DNA of 38,208 nucleotides from Basidiobolus meristosporus CBS 931.73 (GCA_002104905.1 MCFE01000766.1:1-38208), one strand, 5' to 3'; positions 22,818 to 35,393 are shown, numbered from the stretch's first letter. Notes: a model not told the origin generated them from the letters alone. Translations and numbers: made by a program.

Positions 22818-23186
22818 TGTTGAAATACTGGACTCTTTGGTATCATTCAGCAGCTAAAAGTTTACTTAACAATTCTAGACTAGTCTTAGTCACTGTAGGA
22901 CTCATTGACTGCCTTAACTTTGCCATTTTCTCCAGATATATGATCTTATGCTTATTCCCCTATAGTCAGGATCAAATTAGCACTATTACCAAACATTATG
23001 TACTAACCCTGAAACTGTTACAGAATGCTCCTGAATATTGAGAAACCCTCCCTACTTAGTGTTACAGCTGTACTACTTCTACAAAGGTATAAATACTGAG
23101 CTTCTTTATGAATAAACAACAGTTCAACTATTATCACTATTTCTTGATAAGTTCCATATATCTAAATCACTTCTTAAATTGCAACA
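22818..23186 (+). repeat. LTR A, 3' LTR of A2, 369 bp
   Basis: TGTTG...CAACA, followed by the TSD. Confidence 0.97.
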
Positions 23187-23191
23187 AGGTC

Positions 23192-24405
23192 ATCATTAAA
23201 TCTTGCATTCATGTAGGTGCAATGTCTCAAATACCAGACCATCTTAAATTCACATGAGTATTGACCAAAAAGTGATATAGTTACAATACATTGCTGAAGG
23301 TCAAACATTTTGCCCCATGGACAAGACTACTTTGATTCAATGCCATAAGAGAAGAGGAAAATGACCTTGTGGCTATTGTAGTAAACCTCTCAGTCATGAA
23401 GCACTCAGACAGTATAGGAGGTATTACAGGGATCTCAGCCAGTGTTTTGCCACACAAGTCATATTTGTCCATTTATCAGTCACTACTGTACCAACATTAT
23501 CTTGCTGGCCAGTTGATACTTCTATATTGGCACCTGGCTGTCTTTGGACCCTGTGCAAGCTGAGTCAGGTGAGTTTGTGATGCCTTTAGGTTCACCTCAG
23601 CCTTCTGAATACAGCATGCAGAGTGATAGCTCTGACAAAGCAGGCTCACTGATGGATTGTGAGTCTATCTCCCCTCACAACAGTATTATGCATGAGCACT
23701 GTCAAATCCCAATATGCAATGGGCAAGCACCCATTGAAACAAATGCCAAGGACAATCTATGAAGCCAAGTGATCCCCATAATCCATCTGCTGGATAACAA
23801 TATAATGTTGAGGCTAGAGATGTGGTGTGTTTCTATTAATATTAGAGATGGCACCTTGAAGATTAACTACTACTTCTTGCAAAATCATTCTGGGATGCAA
23901 ATTACTATTTACATGGTAAGAGTGCACAAACATCATGCAGCTGGCAACTTATGACCCAGACACTGTCTTGATTCCCGCATGTGATAACAGTTGCATGGCG
24001 TTCACTGTTGATATATTAGAAAGATATATTGGAAGTGAATTGGAGAATTAGAAGATTTACATGATATTCACTTGATGTTTTATTGAGTTGCAACACAGTA
24101 TTTATACTTATTGCAGAACTACGTAAATGTGACTATTTGATCATTATTAGGGGAGTCTCAGGAGTACATGTGCCAAGTTTCAGCTCATTTGGACAAGTTT
24201 CAGATTTTCCTAAAATTCTGTACTTCTCTAATTCCTAATAATTAGTAAATATCTTACAAACTAATTTCCATGTTGATAATCTGAAATATATCATTTCACA
24301 AAGTGCTAGTTCATAATATATTAATAATTAGGTGGACTCCTAATTATTTCAACATTCACATCCAAAAATGCCACCATTGCACCATGTCCAAATTGTCAGG
24401 CATCC
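23192..24405 (+). pseudogene. CACTA-like transposase copy Y, N-terminal part (interrupted by solo LTR F)
   Basis: Colinear with 6857-7715 (ESGEFV.PLGSPQPS.Y, TYDPDT.LIP.C..CMAF). Ends at an inversion junction with copy Z. Confidence 0.75.
24006..24354 (-). mobile_element. Solo copia-type LTR F, 349 bp, perfect 5-bp TSD (TTCAC)
   Basis: TGTTG...CAACA ends; TTCAC at 24001-24005 and 24355-24359. gtataaatac plus caataaaa on minus. Empty site at ~7661-7685. Confidence 0.9.
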
Positions 24406-25320
24406 ACATTGGGGCTGCTTAGCTTCTTAATGTCATAGGCATAGGTGACTCCATGTGCACATTTGTCCTCAGTATTTTTGAACTCTTCCTGGCTGTCCTC
24501 CATGTGCCAACTCATCACATCTGTGATGGAATTGAAGGTAATATTCTTGATGAGATTGGGATATGGTAGTACCTGCAACTTGCCTTGTCTTCCTATCTCC
24601 CCACACATCCACTCTATAGGAAACTCTCAAAAGTTGAAGCAAGGTCCAATGTTCTCTGCACGCCATGCAAGATGGAGTAGAAAATGGATACAGCTGTAGC
24701 AGTGATCTCCACATTTAGCTTTATATTTGTAGTATAGCCGCTCAAATCCCGTTACAAAATACTTGCACAACACCTGTAGATGTGTCAAGTTGACATTGGT
24801 GATCTGCTTCTGGATAAATATTCCTACAATGTCCACATATGACTCCCAATGCTTCCAATGTACTCTTGGTAGGAATGGCTTCAGAATGCCACTTGGATAA
24901 ATGCATATCCAGCTGAACCAGTCTTTGCATTGGTTGGTTGCATATGTGTATAAGTATTGATTGGAGCCTGTGAGAAGTATTTAAGGTAGCAGATACTCTC
25001 CAATATCTTGCCAGTTCTTTCAAATTTCTCTGGTATCTTGGAGGGCTCATTTAGCTTGAAATGCCCTATGAACAACTTGGTCATCCATATAAGGATACTG
25101 TTGCAAAGCAAATGTATTGCTCCCAGTGGAAAGATTTTGCACCAACAGATACCCTCTATCTCCAGAATCTCTGGTTTCCAACCAATTGCATATTCTGGCC
25201 AATGGCTTATAGCTTGCCAACTTTGCTGCAATTGCATGTGGACTTCTGTATGTTCTCTCTGTGGAAAGAGAGTGTTTTTAGTGCTGGTGTTTGGCTAATA
25301 ATAGTGTGTGTGAATTAGAA
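24405..25320 (-). pseudogene. CACTA-like transposase copy Z (inverted, catalytic C-terminal part)
   Basis: FPLGAIHLLCNSI and VCGEIGRQGKLQVLPYPNLIKN motifs. Colinear with 8290-8722 joined to 15676-16150. Confidence 0.8.
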
Positions 25321-25324
25321 AGCA

Positions 25325-25510
25325 TTAATGAAGCAATTAGGTGCAGTGGCCAATAGGATAGATGCTATGGCCCAGAGAAATCAGGAAATAATCCAAACAG
25401 GATGAGTAGACAATAAGTGTAGAGCAATCTATATACCAGGTAGACAAAGCAGTATCTTTGTTGCGAAGGAGGAACTCAAGTAGCCCAATGTCACAGCCAA
25501 CCCTATGAAA
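25325..25510 (+). pseudogene. ORF2 3' fragment of inverted copy Z
   Basis: KALMKQLGAVANRIDAMAQRNQEIIQ...EQSIYQVDKAVSLLRRRNSSSPMSQPTL*. Joined to the transposase by a ~1.9-kb deletion at ~25320. Confidence 0.65.
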
Positions 25511-25526
25511 AATAATTTGGTCCCGC

Positions 25527-26591
25527 TGTGGTGGTGTATAAGTCTAAGGGAGAGATACGTCCAACACTTCTCAAGTGTTTTGTGTGTGGGGTGCTCACTG
25601 GGTGCAATAACCTCTGGCAAAAGCTTGCTAGGAATACTTGGGTTCTGTCTGTAATCTAATGTGAAGGGGAATAAAGCCACAAGCTTGTCAAGGAAAAACT
25701 ATTGAGCTACAATCCCCAACTTAGTTGGCATCTTAATAAAAGTATGTGCTGGGTTCAGCGTCCTTTGAGACAACAATGTACTAAAGCTTCCAAAGTCAAA
25801 ACAACTGTAAACTCCACCAGCAGGGACTTGATAAGAATGCAGCTGTGGTCAATAGTTACAAAGACAGAAAAGTATCTTTGCCTGTACAAGAACAAATTTG
25901 GGAAAGAATCAAATATAACAAAAGATACCTACTCTGAGTATTCCTCACAAGTAGTGCTTCCAAGGTCAGTTGGCTGTCAGCACAGTTTTCTGGGAGTGTC
26001 CTGTGGTCTGGGGTTGGAAGTTCAGGTGGCAGCAGGTAGCAATGATCACACTAATCAACAAGTTGGTATATTGATAAAAGGGATGATGATTTATTGCTGA
26101 GGGATAGCCTCCCTTATATACTTCTCTTACTGGCTAAGTGATTACTAATCATAGTGTTCCAGAAGGTTCCGGATATCCATAGAAATCTTAATGACATTAG
26201 AATGACCTAAGAATGTTCTAAGTAGGTGCTGGAAGGTTCTAAGAGGCACAGCACATCCAACCAATCAGGAATTGGAATTCTGAAACCTGTGTAACATAGG
26301 GATACAATATATGTTATGAAAATGATAGGGATGATGACACGGGTTGATCATGTGTCACAGGTACTGGCGCGGGTACTTGCCTAATATAGAGGCACCTCTA
26401 GCTAGTAATCTACATAAAGTGAGGGGTAACTTATGCAATAAGGTAAGCAGGTGTGATGGTCAACCGGCTTGTGGGATAGTACTGATTGGGTAAGACAAAT
26501 GGGATAAAACTAAAATAAATGTAGTAGAGATATAGGCAAGTAGAAAATGAGGAAATGAGCACATCTGTCAGTGGGTGTCACTGTCACCACA
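25527..26591 (-). repeat. LTR B' (3' LTR), ~1065 bp
   Basis: TGTGGTG...CACCACA ends. The host unit resumes with gcgggaccaaattatttttcataggg. The 5' end could alternatively be 26596 (TGTAG). Confidence 0.85.
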
Positions 26592-28550
26592 CTACATCCA
26601 CCCCCCTCTCAGCTTTGAACTTGGGTCAAAGCAAACTAATCTTGATGTGCAAAATTTCTATGCTTGAATAACTTCAGCCAGTTTGCAGCAACTGGTGCTC
26701 TCAACTGGGTGTTGTCAAGCTCAGATATGTAATAACTTCCATTTCCAATCACTTTGGAAATGAGGTAGGGGCCAGTCCATTTGTTGTCAAACTTTTGACT
26801 CCATTGTTTGTCCAAGGTGGAATCATAGAGCAATACTGGGTCTCCTAGTGATAGTGGCTTTGGTCTTGTTGGGTGTGATTTATCAAAGGGCACCTTGTTT
26901 TTCAGTCATGTATCCTTAAGTTGTTCAGCGGCTCTGCTGATATTCAAGTCATGGTGATCAAGTTGCTGTATGTGAGTTGCAAGGAGGTCTTCAGTCTGCA
27001 TATTGGATCACCAATTCAATGAGTTCCAAGTGACCATGTTTAACTCAACTGGTAGTATGCAGTCATGTCCATAGAGTAGCTTGAATGGCAATAATCCAGT
27101 TGTTCTCTTGGTAGTAATTCTATCTGCCCAGAGTGCAAGATGTAATTGCTGTGGCCACAGTGTTGTGTTATTCTCACGGGCCTTGACAAGAGAGTTCACC
27201 AATGGTCCATGTCCTCTCTCTATCATTCCATTGGCTTGAGGGTGGTAAGCTGTTGTAAAAGCAATGTGTATCTTGTACTTTGAGCACAACTCCTGGATCA
27301 TTTGGGATGTCATCTCTCCTCTGTCAGCAACAAACTGTCAGATGCAGCCAAATCTGCAGATGATGTCTTCAAGTATAAATCTCCATATGGTATGGCTCTT
27401 GTTGTTGGGCAAGGCTTGAGCCTCTGCCCATCCACTAAGGTCATCTCTAGCAACAATCTGGTACTTTTTTGATCCAGCTGTTGGCATGTGGAAAAGGTCA
27501 ATACCAACCTTTTTCCATAGGCAGATTGTGTAAGTAGGATGCAGTGGTTCTTCATAACGCTTGGAGGATCTCTTCTGGCAGGCTACACATGACTCAACAA
27601 AGTGTTGGATATCATAGTACATGTTTTCCCAGTAGTACCTCTGAGCTGTGGTATTGTAGGTGGCTTCTTGTCCTCTATGTCCTCCTGGTTCTCCTTGGTG
27701 GATACTTGTCATGATGCTCAGTTGCTCTTGAGGGGTAGTGACTACTCTTCTTGGCATAAGCCCAGGCTTCACTTGCTTAAAGAGATGATCATCTTTAAGA
27801 TAGTAGTGGTGTGCCTTCTTCCTGAGTTTTCTAAACTCCTGAATTTCCATCCAACTATGTTTGTTAAGTGTCCTTATATATTCCTTGATCAGACACCAGG
27901 TAGTTCTCTCTTGGTCTTTGATGGCAATCTGTCAGATCTCTGCATCAATAATATCATCAAAGTGAGGGTCCAAGTCTTCAAATAATTGTGGTCCCTTCCT
28001 GGAGAGTGCATCAGCCACAACATTTGTCTTGCCAGGGATATGTCTGACCTCAAAGTCAAACATTTTCAGCCATTCCATCCATTGGTTTGTGGCATCATCA
28101 GGTAGGTCAGGCTTGTTGATCATTCCTATAAGTGGCTTGGCGTCAGTCTCCAGAATGAAATGTGTTATGTAGAGTTGTGACTTCAGCTTCCTCAGCATCT
28201 TCACAACTCCTAGTAGCTCTTGCTTAATCTGTGAGTATCTTTGTTCTCAAGGCAAGAATAGGCAGCTCTCATATCTGCAGGCATAGCGGTTGCCATCTTT
28301 GTCATCTTGTCCAAGTAGTGCTCCAGCTCCTATAGGGCTTGCATCCACTGTCAAAATAGGTAGGCATTCAGTGTTCTGATAGTCAAGAGGTCTTAGAACT
28401 GGTGGAGATACTAAGGCCTCTTTCAGTAATTGCATGGCCACTTCTTGCTCTTCTCCCCAGATAAATGGGGTATTCTTTCTCTGTAGTCGGTAGATTGATT
28501 CTGCTATCTCAGAAAATCTTGGGATCCAGATCCTAAAAAACCCACAAGCT
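25527..28550 (-). mobile_element. Ty3/gypsy family B, 5'-truncated (RT end, RNase H, integrase, PPT, 3' LTR)
   Basis: CGFFRIWIPRFS, LTVDASPIGAGALLGQ, LETDAKPL, VADALSR, HQGEPGGH...CVAC, TAYHPQANG and WTGPYLISKV motifs. PPT gagaggggggtgga at ~26597-26610. Confidence 0.92.
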
Positions 28551-29210
28551 GCCAGCAGTACAAGGTATATGGCAACTTTGCAAGTATCACACTAAAAAGC
28601 CGTAAAGTTGAGGTGATAGAAGTATGTCAATTGCGGCAGGTGTGCGCGTTTGTAGAGGTTAGTAAGCAGTAGGCCATAGTTTTTTTTTTATTTAAACTAT
28701 ATGTGGAATACCCAAGGTAGTAGTGGGTAAGCAAATAAAGAAAGGTGATTCTACAGTGGAATATATTAATTGCACAAGGGGAGGTAGAAAAGGGAAATAC
28801 CATTTGGTAAATTGGTATGGTAGCATTATATGTAACTAGCGGCAGGTTGTCATATTGCCGTGAAAAAAGCCATCAGAGTCTCGCTGTGAGGCCGTTGAAA
28901 TACCGTCAAGTTTCTTGCCATATAAGGCAATTGGAAGTCCTGGCCAACTGGATCCACTTAAAATAGTAATAGAGCGCTGAAAGACCGCAACAATGACATG
29001 CAAAGATTGTCACAGCACCAATCAAAAATTGTAAAGTTTTATCCCTTTATTTGGCTGAAAGTTTGCAAAACACCATCATGATCTTGATATAAGATTGTCA
29101 GGAGGGTCACTAATTCCAAGCTGCTGTTATTATGACGGTCTCTGAACAGGATCTTGACAGATGATCCAGATTGGATCCACCTGCGGGACCAAATTATTTT
29201 TCATAGGGTA
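28551..29210 (+). mobile_element. CACTA-like unit copy T: transposase C-terminus, spacer and ORF2 stop
   Basis: Colinear with 16498-17150. Retains many CpG. Confidence 0.75.
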
Positions 29211-30031
29211 ACTATTGGTCAAATCTGGCTGACTATCACAGCTGCTTACCTTATTGCATAAGTTATCCCTCACATTATGTATGATTACTAGCTACAAGTG
29301 CTTCTATATTAGGTAAGTACCTGTGCCATACCTGTGAAACATGACCAGTCCTTGTTACCATCCCTACCATTTTCATACCATATATTGTATTCCTATGTTA
29401 CACAGGTTTCATAATACTGATTCCTGATTGGTTGAATGTGCTGTGCCTCTTAGAACCTTGCAGCGCATACATCATCCCTTTTATCAATATACTAACTTGT
29501 AAATTACTGTGATCACTGCTACCTGCTGCTACCTGAACTTCCAACCACAGACCACAGGACACCTCCAGGAAACCATGCTGACAGCCAACTGACCCTGGAG
29601 ACACTACTTGTGAGGAATACTCAGAGTAGGTATCTTTTGTTATATTTGATTCTTTCCCAAGTTTGTTCTTGTACAGGCAAAGATACTTTTCTGTCTTTGT
29701 AAATATTGACCACAACTGCATTCTTATTGAGTACCTGCTGGTGGAGCTTACAGTTGTTTTGACTTTGGAAGCTTTAATACATTGTCATCTCAAAGGACGC
29801 TGAATCCTGCACATACTTTTGTTAAGACGCCAACTAAGTTGGGGATTGTAGCTCAATAGTTTTCCCTTGACAAGCTTGTGGCTTTATTCCCCTTCACATT
29901 AGATTAGAGACCAAACCCAAGTATTCCTAGCAAGCTTTTGCCAGAGGTTATTGCACCCAGTGAACACCCCACACACAAAACACTTGAGAAGTGTTGGACG
30001 TATCTCTCCCTTGGACCTATACACCACCACA
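29211..30031 (+). repeat. LTR B'' (5'-truncated, internally deleted)
   Basis: Matches the reverse complement of 25527-26480 with a deletion at ~29460. Ends tacaccaccaca, and transposase copy V resumes at 30032. Confidence 0.85.
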
Positions 30032-30561
30032 CTGTGATAGATATGATGAGTTGGTACATACAGGACAGCCAGGAAGAGTTGGAAAATACTGAGGACAAAT
30101 GTGCACATGGAGACACCTAGGCTTGTGGATGAAGATGCTAAGCAGCCTCAATACATGGGTATCATTCATGTAATGCAAAGTTAGATTGGGCGCAAGAGGT
30201 ACCTAGCTTTTATCAGGGAAGCTTTATGGAAGTATGCTAGGTTTCTCTTGGTCACAAGCCAACTTCTACACCATGCAATATGGAATTCAAACAAACAAGA
30301 GCCAGAGTGGACCTACAAGGGGGACTAGAATCCAGCAGGGAGAAGCAATATTTGGTTATAACCAAAAGGTTCTTTGCAGATATTCAGGAGGTGCTGATGG
30401 CAGAAGTGGTGGGAACCAAACATATGTCAGCAAGATATAAATGTTACCACCAGTAAAAGGTATATGGCCACTTTGCATGTAGCACACTAAAAAGCCATTA
30501 AGTTGAGGTGATAGAAGTATGTCAATTGTGGCAGATGTGTGTGTTTGTAGAGGTTAGTTAG
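30032..30561 (+). pseudogene. CACTA-like transposase copy V, C-terminal part
   Basis: Colinear with 16030-16610. Cut by LTR D1. Confidence 0.75.
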
Positions 30562-30865
30562 TGTTGTAAAAATTTGTAATTTCACCTAAATATTCACCTG
30601 ACCAAAATCCTTATTGGGATTTACTCAGAGTATTTTCACCAAAATACCAGGTACTGAGAGTATGAAATTTAGAGAAGCTGTCCAAACAGCCCCAAACTTT
30701 GCACACATGCTGTTGGGACCTTCCTTTATCTTTTTCTGCGTGCTTTTGATGCCAAGACCATATAAAGTAATAATACTACTTTACATTCAATAAATCATTA
30801 AGTGAAAACCACATAATCTACTTATCATCCAAATCACTTTGAATATCTCCAAGACCCTTACTACA
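30562..30865 (+). repeat. LTR D1, 304 bp (~45-bp internal deletion)
   Basis: TGTTG...CTACA ends; colinear with 35394-35740 and 36679-37027. Confidence 0.9.
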
Positions 30866-33735
30866 GGTTATGAGCCCCAAACTGTCACATTCTTTGGTGT
30901 CTACTACTGCTAATACTGGAACTTTTCCCTCTGCTGAAAAGCTGCATGGATCCGACTACCAAGTGTGGAAGGCAAAGATAAAGATGCTGCTACAAGAAAG
31001 AGGCCTTTGGGATATTCTCATGGGAGAAGAATGCCCTCTTAAAAGCATGGGAGAGGAAGACTTAAAGTACCAGAAGAAAGAATTAAGTGCCTTTGACTGC
31101 ATTTGCCTTAAAGTTAAAGACAAATTGCTAATTCAGTGCTAAGAGCAAAAACAACAAAAAATGCCTGATAGGAATCAGAAGACACCTACCAGTTATGTTC
31201 AGCTGCTAAGTATATGTATCTTGAACAAAAATTCTTAACTACAAATATGCTGCCAGGAGTAGAAATGAAAAATCTAATTAACAGAACTACCTTGCTGGTG
31301 GATGAGATGGAATCTGTGGGGGTACCAACTACTGATGAGGATGTGATAGTTATCATCCAGTATAGCCTGACAGACAAGTTTCAGGACCTTGTATCAGCCC
31401 TAGAGTCCAGAACTGAAGATTTGATCTTAAATTACAATATGGAAGGCTCCTGGATGAAGAATTAAGAAAATCAAGCGCAACTAAGACAGAAGAAGAAAAT
31501 GCTTTAATAAGCAATGATAACCAACAAAAGAGGTACCCAAGACCCGCCAAAGGCAACAGCTACCTGTTTTGCAACTACTGCAAAAGGAAAGGACACAAAT
31601 TAGACTGGTGTCTCAAAAAGAGAGATAATCAGCAAAAGAAGCCTGAATATGGAAATGCTGCAACAACTGAAGATAGGCTATTCATATCTGCACTAAATAT
31701 GACCACAAACAAGGATTCTCAGACATGGCATATTGACTCTGGAGCATCTCAATGCTTTACACACCAAAAAGAACTTTTTACCCAATATCAAGAAATTCCA
31801 ATTAAGAAGGATTTCATGGGTGACAATCAAATACCTGGTGCAGTGGGAGAAGAAACTATCCAAGTAGACCTTAGAAGCAGGGAAGGAAGCCATACACTGA
31901 CCTTTAAAGAAGTACTCCTTGTACCAGGAATAGCCAAGAACCTACTATCTATAAGCAATGCCACTGCAGAAGGACTCAGCTTAAGCTTTGATAATTCTGG
32001 ATGCAAGATCACTGATCAAAATGGTGCCTATATTGCTTCAGGTATCAAAGATCAGAATCTATACAAGTTGACTTATATTCCATTGTATCTGGAAGCCAAT
32101 TTAAGAAGCTTAAATGAAGAAACACCAATGCTTTGGCACAGGAGATTTGGACACATCAATTTTCATTATTTGCACACAATGATCAAAGATTAACTAATTT
32201 CTGGAGTAAAAATTGATCCTCCAGCTAATTTGGAGCACTGTGAAGCCTACATATATGGGAAACAACCTAGACAACCCTTCAAGAGCTCTGGGCTAATCAA
32301 AACTACAAAAATATTAGATCTAACTCACTCAGATCTGTGTGGACTTATGCAAAATTTATCCTTAGGCAGGATGAAGTATTTAATCACTTTTGTTGATGAT
32401 TATACAAGATACATGTGGGTTTACTTCATGGGGAGAAAGGAAGAAGCTCTGTCTAAGCTCAGCAAGTTTAGAGCCATGATGGAGAGAGAAAGTGGTAAAA
32501 AAATCAAGAAAATACGCTTGGATAATGGTGGAGAATATACCTCAAAACTCTTCATACACTTATGCAAAACTCATGGGATAAAGCAAGAGACTACTGTACC
32601 ATACTCCCCACAGCAAAATGGAGTAGCAGAATGTGCCAACAAATCAATAATTGATATGGCATTATCTATGATCCTTGATCTAAATCATCCTATGATTTTT
32701 GGGTGGAGTCAGTTTCCACAGCTGTATACCTTAAAATAGGAGTTATAACAGAATACTTTGTGATTCTACTCCATTTGTAGCATGGTATGGGCACAGACCA
32801 AGTGCAGAACATCTAAGAATATTTGGGTGTACAGCATATGCCTAGAAACTCCCCCAAAATCAGTCAAAATTTGAACCAAAAAGTGTAAAATGCACATTTT
32901 TGGGTTACTGCAATGAGAGTAAAGCATACAGACTCTACAATACCAAAGCAAAGAAGCTAATCAAGTCCAGGGATGTGTTGTTTGATGACAACTCAAAATT
33001 GTTACAAAAAATGATATCAGATGATGACAAAAATCTGATCCCAAATCTACCAATTGCCAGGATTGAATCAGAGTAAAACAGTGAAAATTTTTTCACTCTA
33101 GAGAGCTCTACAACCATGCTTCAGCCAGAATCAGTGCCCAGGAATATCCCAGAAGTGATCATTCCAGTATGAAATGCCCAGAGATCCAATTGGACAAGAA
33201 ATAGCCAAATTACTATATCAATGAAGGTACAAACTTAGCCTATGCCTATTCAGTCCATATTGATGAACCCCAGACTGTAAAAGAGGCCCTAAATAGCCCT
33301 CAGACAAAGTTTTGGAGATCTGCAATGACTGAGGAATATCAGGCCCTGGTGGAAAATCAAACTTGGGACTTAGTCAAATTACCAATCAACCAAAAATCAA
33401 TGGGATGCAGATGGATCTTTAAGACAAGCTATAAGGCTGATGGTACAAATGAAAGATATAAAGCAAGACTTGTGGCCAAAGGATACTCTCAGACAAAAGG
33501 ACTTGACTATACTGAGACCTTTGCACCAGTAGCCAAGTTAAATTCCATCAGATTGATATTGGCTATTACAGCCAAATATAAGTTTTTGTTATCAAATGGA
33601 TGTAAAAACTGCATTTTTGAATGAAGAACTTGATGAGCACATGCACATGGGCCAGCCTGATGGGTTTGCTGACCTAGATAACCCCATTTGGTCTGCAAGC
33701 TTAAAAAGTCTCTATGGTCTTAAACAATCACCAGG

Positions 33736-34281
33736 TGCTATGAGTAGACACTAGGCAGGAGAGTAGAGCAAGGTGAGGCAGGACCAGGAAAGGACTTAGG
33801 TGTGGATCAACAAGGCACAGTGTGTTTCCAAGGCAAGGCAGATTTCCAATGTAAGGCTGTTTATTCAAGACCTGTGTTTATAAAACTGAGGAATACATAA
33901 GGGGGGATAAGACTATATATACTTTTTGGCAATATGGATGCCAAGAGATATTGGCTGATACTAATGGGGTTCTGGGGTGAGGCACAGTAAGTGTGCCAAG
34001 ATAGAATATACTAAAGAACAGACTGGAATATCACATGGAGATATGTCATGAGTCAGCTGATCATGTGACTAGGTCATGTGACATGTAGTTACCATATATG
34101 GCATGGGACTGCAAAAATTCTAATGGGCAGTCTCCATAGAATGTTCCATTGCATAATGCTGACTTGGAGCTTTCAAGAACTTGCTAGAATGTAGTAGAAC
34201 CTTCTAGAAGGAACTGGGATTTCTTCACTGACTTGATTTGGCTAGATGATTGAAGACCAGGGATGTCATGTGATCACTACA
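33736..34281 (-). mobile_element. Solo LTR E nested in copia D RT, 546 bp, TSD CCA(G/A)G
   Basis: TG...CA ends; CCAGG at 33731-33735 and CCAAG at 34282-34286. Removal restores YGLKQSPRAW. tatatata and aataaa lie on minus. Family unassigned. Confidence 0.8.
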
Positions 34282-35393
34282 CCAAGAGCCTGGAATTGTA
34301 AGATAGATTCTTATTTGGAATCTTTGAATTTCAAAAGGAGTAATGCTGACTATAGTATATACTATAAGCCAGATAGAGCAAATCCAGTTCTATTAGCTCT
34401 ATATGTGGATGATCTTATTATAGCAGCCAATAACCTAGCAGCGTTGGAAGAGACTAAATACAGCCTATCTAAAGAGTTCAAGATGACCAATCTAGGAGAA
34501 CTCAGTTACTACTTAGGGATTAAGTTCTCCATAGACAGAAGTACCCAGACTATCACCCTAAGCCAATCCAAGTATATTCAAGATATACTAAAGAAGTACC
34601 AAATGGAAGACTGTAAACTGGCAGCTACGTCAATGGAGACAAACCTTAACTTGGTCAAAACTCAACCAAATGAAGAGAGCTTGGTGCCATCTGAAAGCTC
34701 TGACTTTGCTTATCAATCTATGACTGGCAGTCTGATGTATATCATGCTTGGAATATGTCCAGATATCTCATATTCAGTGGGAGCTGCCAGCCAGCATAAT
34801 CAGAACTATGGATCTGATTGTATTGCAGCAGTTAAGCAGATATTTAGATACCTAAGAGAAACTGCTGATGTCTGCTTAAAATACACTTATAAGGACTCAG
34901 AACAGGAGCTTGTGGCATACTCTGATGCTGATTGGGGATGAAATTTAGAAGACAGAAGATCCACAACAGGATACACCTTTCTTTACTATAAAGGAGCAAT
35001 TGCATAGAATTCAAGAAAGCAACCAACCATAGCACTTTCTACCACAGAGGCAGAGTACATGGCAGCCTGTGAAGCTACAAAAGAAGCAATGTGGTTAAGA
35101 AAGCTTTTTACAGATTTAGACCCATGTCAAAAAACGCCTATTACTTTATTTCAAGATAATCAAGGATGTATACAATTAGGTAGAAATCCAACTTTTCATG
35201 CTAGAACCAAGCACATAGATATTAGACATCATTTCATATGTGAAGCTCAAGAGAATGACTTAGTGAGCTTAGCTTACTGTCCTACAGATGAAATGATTGC
35301 AGACATATTTGCCAAACCATTAGCTAGAGACAAGTTTGCATATCTTAGGTCAAAATCAGGACTAGTCAGTATGAGCATTTAGCTGAGTGAGAG

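Larger units (their letters stand above)
17698..23186 (+). mobile_element. Ty1/copia family A, full-length copy A2 with perfect 5-bp TSD (AGGTC)
   Basis: LTRs at 17698-18065 and 22818-23186, ~95% identical (about 19 substitutions and 1 indel). AGGTC at 17693-17697 and 23187-23191. PBS and PPT present. Domain order is gag-PR-INT-RT-RH. Empty-site paralog at ~6841-6865. Confidence 0.97.

Noticed and set aside
28590-28594. CACTA pentamer (also 16537-16541) as the element's TIR
   Set aside because: It falls inside the apparent transposase C-terminal coding region (TLKAV), with homology continuing on both sides and no matching TAGTG end or TSD.
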